This document shows positions 25,297 through 32,000 of a DNA stretch of 32,000 nucleotides, in pieces. The stretch's first letter is position 1. Every line of letters starts with the position of its first letter. The notes under the pieces are model-generated. The model saw only the letters and a program-made list of their open reading frames with translations. It made no database searches and was not told the DNA's origin. The stretch comes from Clostridiales bacterium (lineage in GTDB: Bacteria; Bacillota; Clostridia; Christensenellales; Aristaeellaceae): assembly GCA_017577285.1 (NCBI GenBank), contig PITV01000001.1, positions 29,857 through 61,856 on the forward strand. Direction: 5' to 3'. Made by a program: the position numbers and the translations under genes.

Positions 25297-27288
25297 ATGA
25301 AAAAACTGCTTCTTTTTGCACTGTTTCTGTGCGCGGGGCTCCTTGCCGCGCTCGCGGCGGATGCCGAGGTCATGATCAATGAGATCATGGCGAAAAACGG
25401 CGAGTTCACGGGCCTGGAAGCCTTTGACTGGATCGAACTGTATAATGACGGGGAAACGGACGTATCCCTGGCCGGGTGGCATCTGAGCGATAAGAAAAGT
25501 CAGCCGGATCTGTGGACATTCCCCGCGGGCGCGGTGATCAAAGCCCGCGGCTATGTTCTGGTATACTGCACCGGTGACGCGGATCTGTATGAGAACAAAC
25601 CCCGTGACGGCATCTTTTATGCCGGCTTTCAGCTTTCGGTCAAAGGGGAAACGGTATACCTGACGGACGCGGCGGGGGAAAGCGCCGGCACTCTGAAATA
25701 TCCCCGGCAGTACGGAAATGTTTCCTACGGCAGGAGCGATCCGGACGGGAAAGAGGGGTTCTTCAACGCCGCGACGCCCAAAGGCGCCAATCCCGGCACC
25801 GTGTTTGCCGGCATGGCGGACAGGCCCGTGCTGGAGACGGCTCCCGGGTTTTATCCCGGCACGGTAATGGTCACGGTCTCCTGCAAGGATCCCGTGTATT
25901 ACACGCTGGACGGCAGCGACCCCACGGATGCCTCCCTCCTGTACACCGGCCCGGTGGAGATCAGCGAAACGGCTGTGCTGAAGACCCGCGCCTGCCCGGA
26001 AGACCGGGTGTGGTCCTATATCGCCTTCGGCACCTATTTCATCAATGACGAGTCCCCGGTCATGGTGATCTCCATGAGCACCGATCCGGCCTATCTGACG
26101 GGGAGCAAAGGCCTGTTCGTGAAAGGAAACGGCGGAACGCCCAATTACAAGCAGGACTGGGAGTATCCCATATGTTTTGAGCTTTTCGATGAAAACGGCG
26201 TGCGACAGCTGGCCCAGAAGGGATCCTTCCGCATCACCGGCAATTCCTCCCGCCAGGAAAAGCTGAAGGCGGTGTCCGTGACGGCGCGGGACGCCTACGG
26301 AGATCCCGATGCTTTTTACTACAACCCGTTTGATGACAGGGATTACGCCTCCTACCATACGCTTGTGGTGAGGGCGACCGGCTCCGATGCCTATGTGACC
26401 CGCACCCGCGACGCCCTGCTGACCCGCCTCAGCAGGGGGCTGGGCATCATGTACCGCTCCTGCAGGCTCTGCGTGGTGTACTACAACGGGGTATACTACG
26501 GCCAGTATTATCTGCGGGAAAAGATCAACAAGTATTCCGTGGCCCAGTGGGAAGGAATCACAGACCGGGATGACATCGACAACATCGACATCGTCCGGGG
26601 CGAGGGCGGCGACCGGCAGGTGATGAACGGAAGCAACCGGGACTGGGTGGAGCTGAGAGCCTTCGTCCGGGGGCATGATCTGAGAGACCCCGAAAATCTG
26701 AAATATGTGACCGACCGGCTGGATGTGGACAGCCTGTTCACCTGGGCGGCCTACGAGATGCTGATCCTGAACCCGGATATTGAGAATGTGCGCGTGTACC
26801 GGGTGCCGGGAGGAAAATGGAAATATATCCTGTATGATCTGGATGACGGCATGCAGTACACCCGCCTGACGGCGGTCTACATGCTGCTGGACAGAAGTCA
26901 GGCGGGGGGAACGATCTCCTCCCAGTACACCCTGCTGCAGAAGCTGCTGGCGGTGCCCGAGATGAGGATCCGGTTCATTCAGATCCTGACCGGAGTGGTG
27001 CGGAACAGCTTTCTGTATGACACGGTCTCCAAACCTGTGGCGCAGGAAATGATCGCAGGGCTGGAAACGGTGCTGCCCAGGCATTTTCAGGCTAACCCCT
27101 CCAAGCGGCTGAACCTGCGGGAATGGCGCAGGAACGCTGATTCGCTGCTGTATTATATGCGGGTCACCCCGAAGCGGGTGCTGAATGAGGCGGCACAGAT
27201 CCTGAACATGACCCGGTCGGAAAAGGAAATGTACCTGAACGATACGCTGGCGCTGCTGGAAGAGCACAATTCACAGGACAAGCAGTGA
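25297..27288 (+). CDS. Secreted CotH-family (atypical kinase fold) protein with N-terminal lamin-tail domain and a chitobiase/Fn3-associated-like module
   Basis: It has a signal peptide (LLLFALFLCAGLLAALAA) and an LTD-like segment (INEIMAKNG...DWIELYNDGETDVSLAGWHLSD). An Fn3-associated-type module follows (GFYPGTVMVTVSCKDPVYYTLDGSDPT...YTGPVEISETAVLKTRA). The long C-terminal region has CotH character (LREKINKY, DNIDIVRGEG, NPDIENVRVYRVPGGKWKYILYDLD). Confidence 0.82.
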   Translation: MKKLLLFALFLCAGLLAALAADAEVMINEIMAKNGEFTGLEAFDWIELYNDGETDVSLAGWHLSDKKSQPDLWTFPAGAVIKARGYVLVYCTGDADLYENKPRDGIFYAGFQLSVKGETVYLTDAAGESAGTLKYPRQYGNVSYGRSDPDGKEGFFNAATPKGANPGTVFAGMADRPVLETAPGFYPGTVMVTVSCKDPVYYTLDGSDPTDASLLYTGPVEISETAVLKTRACPEDRVWSYIAFGTYFINDESPVMVISMSTDPAYLTGSKGLFVKGNGGTPNYKQDWEYPICFELFDENGVRQLAQKGSFRITGNSSRQEKLKAVSVTARDAYGDPDAFYYNPFDDRDYASYHTLVVRATGSDAYVTRTRDALLTRLSRGLGIMYRSCRLCVVYYNGVYYGQYYLREKINKYSVAQWEGITDRDDIDNIDIVRGEGGDRQVMNGSNRDWVELRAFVRGHDLRDPENLKYVTDRLDVDSLFTWAAYEMLILNPDIENVRVYRVPGGKWKYILYDLDDGMQYTRLTAVYMLLDRSQAGGTISSQYTLLQKLLAVPEMRIRFIQILTGVVRNSFLYDTVSKPVAQEMIAGLETVLPRHFQANPSKRLNLREWRRNADSLLYYMRVTPKRVLNEAAQILNMTRSEKEMYLNDTLALLEEHNSQDKQ

Positions 27289-27305
27289 AGATAAAAGATA
27301 TATGC

Positions 27306-27334
27306 GGGGGACGGCGGGAGTGCCGCCCCTTTTC
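27306..27334 (+). terminator. Intrinsic terminator after the CotH gene
   Basis: Stem GGGGGACGGC (27306-27315) / GCCGCCCC (27322-27329) has one bulged A and is followed by TTTT. Confidence 0.65.
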
Positions 27335-27417
27335 CATAGGGATCCGGGTGTCCGGGGCTGTCCTGTCCGCTCAGTCTTTTTTTTCGCAGGACTGTCTTTC
27401 TGCCCGGAGCACTAAAA

Positions 27418-27461
27418 TGTTACAATTCATTATTGACACTGTTACAATTCCGTAATAAAAT
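27418..27461 (+). promoter_or_regulatory. Promoter of the cell-wall operon, flanked by a perfect 11-bp direct repeat (candidate operator)
   Basis: TTGACA (27433-27438), a 17-nt spacer, then TAAAAT (27456-27461). TGTTACAATTC occurs at 27418-27428 and again at 27440-27450, 22 bp apart, bracketing the -35 box. Confidence 0.55.
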
Positions 27462-27491
27462 AAAATGAATCTGTATGCGGAGGCAGAGCGT

Positions 27492-30400
27492 ATGTGCAAA
27501 ACGGCGTTGAAAAAGGTGACAGCGGTATTGCTTTTGGCGGTGCTGCTTCTTGGCGTATTGCCGGCAGAGGGAGAGAATTATCCCTTCACGGGCATTACGA
27601 CAGCCGTTCTGCGTCTGCGCTCCGGCGCTTCCACCACAGCCTCCATCCTGGATGAGATGCCCCGGGGCGCCTATGTGACGGTGACCGGGAAAAAGAATGA
27701 TTTTTATATCGTGACCTATAACGGCAGATCGGGCTATGCCTCTGCCGCCTATATCGCCGTATCCGCCGTGAACCCCACCGCTGCCCCGGTGAAAGTGAGC
27801 GCCTACAAAGCCATCACAGCCTCCTCCGGGGAGAGCGAGATCCGCGCGCTTCAGATGGCCCTTCAGGAACTGGGCTTCTATACCATTTCCGTGGACGGAA
27901 AATACGGAAACGGTACGAAGAATGCCGTTATCGCGTTCCAGAACAGGAACGGGCTGAAAGCCACAGGCACGGCGGATACCGACACGCTGGAGCTGATGTT
28001 TGAGGGCACGCCCCGCAACAGCAAGGGCAAGGAAACAAAAATAAATGTGCTGCCGCCTCTCAGCGGGCAGACCGTTTCCCTCGGCAAAAAGGGAGACGCT
28101 GTAATGCAGCTGCAGCAGCGGCTCAAGACGCTGGGCTATTATACCGGCACGGCGGACGGCGTGTGCGGAAGCTCCACCGTGACCGCGATCAAGGCCTTCC
28201 AGAAAAAGATGGGCCTCAACCAGACCGGCGAGGCCGATGCCACCCTGCAGGCCGTGCTGTACTCCTCCGCGGCGCTTCCGTCAAAGGCTACCGCGGCGCC
28301 GGCGCCCACCGCCACGCCCAAACCGGGCGGATACCCCTATACCGCCGGGACGAACACATCTGTCAACCTGCGCAAGGGGAAGAGCACTTCCTCCACCCGC
28401 ATCACCACCATCCCCAAGGGGGCGGAGATCTCCGTGCTGGCGGCGGACGGCGATTATCTGCAGGTGAAATACAAGACCTACACCGGCTATGTGCCTGCTA
28501 AATATGTGGATATCCCCGTGGAATACCTTTCCGGCAAAGTGCTGGATGAGAACCTTCAGGCCACGCTGAACTATACCTGGATCGGCGAGGGGGACGGCGG
28601 ACGCGAAGTGCGCGTGCTGCAGATAGCCCTGAAGGAACTGGGATTCTTTGCCGGCACCGTGGACGGCATTTTCGGCGCCGGAACGGCGGATGCTCTGAAG
28701 GGATTCCAGCGGATGAACGGCCTGCGTCCGGACGGCATTCCCACCCCGCAGCTGCAGCAGTTCCTGTATGAAACAAAAGTGAAGAACAGCGCCGGCAAGA
28801 GCGTTTACATCAGCACGCTGCCTCCTATCGACAACTGGCCCATGGAACGGGGCGATGTGGGCGAGCAGGTGACCACTCTGCAGATCATGCTGTCCTCAAA
28901 GGGCTTTTATACCGCGGCCTTTACCGATACCTATGACGCGGCCACCGAAAAGGCGGTGCGCGCCTTCCAGAGCGCTTACGGCCTGTATGTGGACGGAAAG
29001 GCCGGCGCCAAGACGCTGGCGGCCCTGAACGCCGTGGCGGCGACCCCCGCCCCCGTGGTGTATGTGAGCACGCCTGTTCCCGCCGCTACGCCGCTCACCG
29101 CGGATAATGTGATCGTCATGCAGTCCGGCACCCGGGGCATGGCGGTGAAGCGCCTGCAGCAGGCGCTGATGGACCTGGGATACTATTTCTGCACGGTGGA
29201 CGGCATCTATGACAGCGATGATATCGCCGCCGTCAGGGAGTTCCAGCGGGTCAACGGCCTGAAAGCGGACGGCATCGCGGGCCTTGAAACGCAGCTGATG
29301 CTGTATTCCGGTTATGCGCTGCCCAAGCCCGCCGCCACACCGAAGACCACTCCCGTTCAGGAGCCTGTGTTCTACCCGGATGACGGGCCTGTGACAGTGA
29401 CCGCCACGCCGAAGCCGGGCACAAAGACAACCACGCCGAAACCCGGTGTCGTGACGCCCAAACCCACTGCGACCCCGAAGAAGACGGCCACGCCGAAACC
29501 TACCGCCACCCCGAAGAAGACGGCCACACCGAAACCCGGAACAAAGACGGCAACGCCGAAGAAGACAGCGACCCCGAAAAAGACCGCCACCCCGAAGGTG
29601 ACAGCCACTCCCTCCTCCGGCGCCTATACCCTTCTCAAGCGGGGCAGCCGGGGCAGTGAGGTCAGAAAGCTGCAGGAGCGCCTCATTTCCCTGCGCTATC
29701 TGACAGGAACGGCGGACGGCATTTACGGTGCCGGCACCGAATCGGCCGTAAAGGCATTCCAGAAAGCCAACGGGCTTTCCGCGGACGGCATCGCCGGAGC
29801 GGCGACCCAGAAGAAACTGTACTCCTCCTCTGTCAATGCCGCGGTAACGGCTAAACCCACAGCCACTCCCACGCCCGATCCCACCGCGCAGGTGCTGAAG
29901 CTGGGCAGCGAGGGCGAGAATGTGAAGAAGATGCAGCAGCGCCTGAAGGATCTGGGCTATCTGACCTCCGGTGTGGACGGCAGCTTCGGCCTGAAGACCT
30001 ACAGCGCCGTTGTGGCGTTCCAGCAGCGCAACTCGCTGGCTGCTGACGGTGTTGCCGGCCCGGCCACCCTGACGAAGCTGTATTCCTCCTCCGCCTTAAG
30101 GGAAAAGCAGGGCATCACGCCCGCGCCCGTAACGCCCACCCCCAGGCCTGTCAATTCCTTCAAAGCGCCCCGGGCGGATGAGGTGCGCTTTGCCAACTGG
30201 TACACCGAGATCCGCTCCCGCGCCAGGTCCATGCCCGATGTCATCATCTATGAACCGGTCTCCGGCGTTCATTACAACCTGCACATGTTCTCCTTCGGCA
30301 AGCATGCCGATGCCGAGCCTCCCACAGCGGCGGATACCGCTCTCATGTATCAGGCCATCGGCTACAACACATGGACGGCCAAGCCTGTATGGGTCATCTT

Positions 30401-30605
30401 CAGCGACGGACGCGTGTACATGGCGTCCACCCACAGTCACGGGCACGAGGTGGACCATACCTCCGGCAATGATCTGGAAGGCCATGTGTGCATTCACTTC
30501 CCCCGTGTCATGAGCGAAGCGGAAGAGACCGGTCCCTACGCGGTCAGCCATCAGAAGGCGATCCTGCTGGGCTGGGAGAGGACGCAGAGCCAGATCGGAC
30601 AGTGA
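27492..30605 (+). CDS. Large secreted cell-wall-binding protein: 2 SH3b + 7 PG_binding_1 repeats + Pro/Thr/Lys linker + unassigned C-terminal domain
   Basis: The ATG at 27492 is 8 nt after GGAGG (27479-27483); the track start is 27465. It has a signal/anchor segment (VTAVLLLAVLLLGVLPA). There are two SH3b-like modules (NDFYIVTYNGRSGYASAAYI; GDYLQVKYKTYTGYVPAKYV). Seven repeats fit the pattern G-x-x-V-x-x-LQ-x-x-L-x-x-LG(Y/F)-x6-DG-x-(F/Y)G-x-x-T-x-x-A(V/I)-x-x-FQ-x-x-NGL-x-x-DG. Confidence 0.88.
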   Translation: MCKTALKKVTAVLLLAVLLLGVLPAEGENYPFTGITTAVLRLRSGASTTASILDEMPRGAYVTVTGKKNDFYIVTYNGRSGYASAAYIAVSAVNPTAAPVKVSAYKAITASSGESEIRALQMALQELGFYTISVDGKYGNGTKNAVIAFQNRNGLKATGTADTDTLELMFEGTPRNSKGKETKINVLPPLSGQTVSLGKKGDAVMQLQQRLKTLGYYTGTADGVCGSSTVTAIKAFQKKMGLNQTGEADATLQAVLYSSAALPSKATAAPAPTATPKPGGYPYTAGTNTSVNLRKGKSTSSTRITTIPKGAEISVLAADGDYLQVKYKTYTGYVPAKYVDIPVEYLSGKVLDENLQATLNYTWIGEGDGGREVRVLQIALKELGFFAGTVDGIFGAGTADALKGFQRMNGLRPDGIPTPQLQQFLYETKVKNSAGKSVYISTLPPIDNWPMERGDVGEQVTTLQIMLSSKGFYTAAFTDTYDAATEKAVRAFQSAYGLYVDGKAGAKTLAALNAVAATPAPVVYVSTPVPAATPLTADNVIVMQSGTRGMAVKRLQQALMDLGYYFCTVDGIYDSDDIAAVREFQRVNGLKADGIAGLETQLMLYSGYALPKPAATPKTTPVQEPVFYPDDGPVTVTATPKPGTKTTTPKPGVVTPKPTATPKKTATPKPTATPKKTATPKPGTKTATPKKTATPKKTATPKVTATPSSGAYTLLKRGSRGSEVRKLQERLISLRYLTGTADGIYGAGTESAVKAFQKANGLSADGIAGAATQKKLYSSSVNAAVTAKPTATPTPDPTAQVLKLGSEGENVKKMQQRLKDLGYLTSGVDGSFGLKTYSAVVAFQQRNSLAADGVAGPATLTKLYSSSALREKQGITPAPVTPTPRPVNSFKAPRADEVRFANWYTEIRSRARSMPDVIIYEPVSGVHYNLHMFSFGKHADAEPPTAADTALMYQAIGYNTWTAKPVWVIFSDGRVYMASTHSHGHEVDHTSGNDLEGHVCIHFPRVMSEAEETGPYAVSHQKAILLGWERTQSQIGQ
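29398..29612 (+). repeat. In-frame tandem repeat encoding a (T-A-T-P-K-K/P)n linker
   Basis: The protein reads TATPKPGTKTTTPKPGVVTPKPTATPKKTATPKPTATPKKTATPKPGTKTATPKKTATPKKTATPKVTATP. At the DNA level a 36-nt unit, CCCCGAAGAAGACGGCCAC(G/A)CCGAAACC, recurs at about 29473 and about 29509. Confidence 0.85.
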
Positions 30606-30623
30606 TCAGCGGGAGGATGAACC

Positions 30624-31619
30624 ATGAAGCGCCGTATATCGATCTTTCTGACCGTGTTTTTCAGCGCGGCACTGCTGCTTTTCAGCGCGGTGCCCGCTTT
30701 TTGTGATGAAAATGAATATCAGTACGTGGCGGAGGTGCGCATCGACTGCTCCATGCGCAGCGAGCCCCGGGATAACGCGCCGGTGGAAGTCAGGCTCCAT
30801 GAGGGGAATGAGGTAAAGGTCATCGAGTACGGCGGGGAATGGTGCCGGGTGTTCCGCAAAGGGGACAAGGGCTATATAAAGACCGGGTATCTGCGGTACT
30901 TCCGCTCTCTGGACGCTTACCTCTATCCCGTTCCGGGCTATACGTATCAGAGCGGTCTGGGGACCGCCGCGGAAGACATCTTTGTTTCCTCGGAGGATTA
31001 TGACGGCACCCTGATCGAAGCGGGGAGCGTGTTTGCCGTGCAGCGCCCGGTGCCCGGCGGCTATGAGCTGGCGGTGGCCCGGGGCATGTGCACCGTTGAT
31101 ACAGCCGCCGTGGAATATATGCCCTTTCCGGACTGGCAGAACGCCAGAAAGGGCGAGGTGATCTACGCCTTCACCACTTATTACAACGATCATTTTTCAA
31201 GGCAGCGCAATGAGGAGCGGCAGCATAATATCGCCCTGGGCTGCGAGCGGATCACGGGCACGGAGCTGGATCCCGGCGCCTCCTTCTCCTTCAACGCCCT
31301 GTGCGCGCCCTACTCTCAAAGGAACGGCTATCAGTACGCGGCCAATATCTCCCAGAGCGGCTACGGGTACGGCGGGGGCGTGTGCCAGGTGAGCACCACA
31401 CTGTATAACGCGGTACTGGGGCTTCCTCTGCAGGTGACGAAATGGAGCGTGCACTGGGACAAGGGCGTGAGGTATATCCCGCTGCAGTTTGACAGCGCGG
31501 TGGGCAGCTATGTCGACCTGTGCTTTGAAAACACCCTGCCCTATCAGATCCGTATCGAGGCCTATCCCCAGAACGGGACGGTCACGGTGCTGATCATCGC
31601 GGGCGAAGGGGCAAGATGA
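30624..31619 (+). CDS. Secreted SH3b + VanW-domain protein
   Basis: GGGAGGA lies 6 nt upstream, and the gene starts 18 nt after the preceding stop, which suggests an operon. It has a signal peptide (IFLTVFFSAALLLFSAVPAFC) and an SH3b-like module (GEWCRVFRKGDKGYIKTGYLRYF). The VanW core is present (PGASFSFNALCAP...GYGYGGGVCQVSTTLYNAVLGLPL). Confidence 0.88.
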   Translation: MKRRISIFLTVFFSAALLLFSAVPAFCDENEYQYVAEVRIDCSMRSEPRDNAPVEVRLHEGNEVKVIEYGGEWCRVFRKGDKGYIKTGYLRYFRSLDAYLYPVPGYTYQSGLGTAAEDIFVSSEDYDGTLIEAGSVFAVQRPVPGGYELAVARGMCTVDTAAVEYMPFPDWQNARKGEVIYAFTTYYNDHFSRQRNEERQHNIALGCERITGTELDPGASFSFNALCAPYSQRNGYQYAANISQSGYGYGGGVCQVSTTLYNAVLGLPLQVTKWSVHWDKGVRYIPLQFDSAVGSYVDLCFENTLPYQIRIEAYPQNGTVTVLIIAGEGAR

Positions 31620-31652
31620 AGATCCTGAACGGGAATATGAAAGGATAAGAAC

Positions 31653-32000
31653 ATGAGTGAGATCATTTTCAACGGCGCCCTCGGGATCACCGTTCCCGGC
31701 GGATTCGAGATCATCAGTGAGCGCGAACTGACGGGCGCTGGCGACAGGCCCGGCACGAGCTGGGGCGCGCGGGATCCGCAGCGTCATATCCTGGTGACGG
31801 TGAACGCGAAAAAGGTGCCCTTTCTGCTGGGCGCGCTGGCTGCTATGCCGAAGGTGAGGGATAACAGCCTGCGGGAAGTGATGAAAAAGGTGCCCGGCTG
31901 CCGTCCGGGAGAGAACTTTGAGATCTCCGTCGCGGGGAGCACCGCGTACGGCTTCCGCTATGACTATACCGTGCGGGATGTTCCGCAGACAGGCATGTAC
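31653..32000 (+). CDS. Hypothetical protein, 3'-truncated by the window edge (not in the ORF track because no stop is reached)
   Basis: The ATG at 31653 is 7 nt after AAAGGA and 33 nt after the VanW stop. The frame is open for 116 codons to the window end (MSEIIFNGALGITVPGGFEIISERELTGAGDRPGTSWGARDPQRHILVTVNAKK...). Codon usage is GC3-rich, there is no signal peptide, and I recognise no family. Confidence 0.55.
   Translation, partial: MSEIIFNGALGITVPGGFEIISERELTGAGDRPGTSWGARDPQRHILVTVNAKKVPFLLGALAAMPKVRDNSLREVMKKVPGCRPGENFEISVAGSTAYGFRYDYTVRDVPQTGMY

Noticed and set aside
24247-27267. A 1006-aa ORF on the minus strand spanning both the beta-helix and CotH genes. Similar giant antisense ORFs lie opposite almost every long gene: 249-2186, 3560-6112, 7194-9281, 9614-11770, 11607-13934, 15960-17183, 17499-18779, 19130-20335, 20937-22424, 21884-22936 and 23020-24072.
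   Set aside because: For the five I checked (249-2186, 3560-6112, 9614-11770, 11607-13934 and this one), the antisense ORF is in codon register with the annotated gene on the other strand. In that register an antisense stop requires a sense TTA, CTA or TCA codon, and this GC3-biased genome almost never uses those. The translations are low-complexity (G/A/R/H/Q/P-rich). They lack RBSs and recognisable motifs, whereas the opposite-strand genes carry unmistakable family motifs. I conclude they are shadow ORFs, not overlapping genes.
1-32000. I looked across the whole window for mobile elements, prophage remnants, toxin-antitoxin pairs, restriction-modification or other defence genes, tRNA/rRNA genes and inverted terminal repeats.
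   Set aside because: I found no transposase, integrase, recombinase, nuclease-ATPase or methyltransferase other than prmC. There are no tRNA-like GTTCGAATC-type arms in the spacers, and the only composition shifts are short AT-rich promoter regions. The window reads as core chromosome plus cell-envelope and carbohydrate accessory genes.

Overview
This is a GC-rich, Clostridia-like chromosomal segment with strong GC3 codon bias, Gram-positive-type Shine-Dalgarno sites and a T-box leader. I support 21 protein-coding genes. I found no rRNA, tRNA, CRISPR array, transposase, integrase, phage gene or recognisable defence gene. Left to right the window holds: the 3' part of mfd; a polytopic membrane protein; a large cytoplasmic GH94-like enzyme on the minus strand; an ECF sigma / polytopic zf-HC2 anti-sigma / DUF4097 lipoprotein operon with an ECF-type promoter; an alanine-specific T-box leader followed by an unusually short alaS and then aspS; two tandem paralogous secreted MBL-fold hydrolases; a secreted 2xSH3b protein on the minus strand; a secreted GH5 cellulase; a sugar-isomerase-like protein; rpmE; DUF1385-prmC-prfA; a beta-helix protein; a secreted LTD-CotH protein; and a cell-wall operon. 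That operon encodes a 2xSH3b + 7xPG_binding giant protein with an unassigned C-terminal domain, an SH3b-VanW protein, and a partial unknown ORF. I do not see a clear-cut novel multi-gene system. The items most worth follow-up are: (i) the compact AlaRS with no C-Ala domain under a GCC T-box; (ii) the cell-wall operon with its orphan His/Cys-rich domain and a perfect 11-bp direct repeat flanking its promoter; (iii) the same TGTAAC-N16/17-CGTC ECF-type motif upstream of both the sigma gene and aspS; and (iv) the tandem exported MBL paralogs. All family calls come from motifs recognised by eye, and no database search was run. The many very long antisense ORFs in the track are codon-aligned shadows and are rejected.
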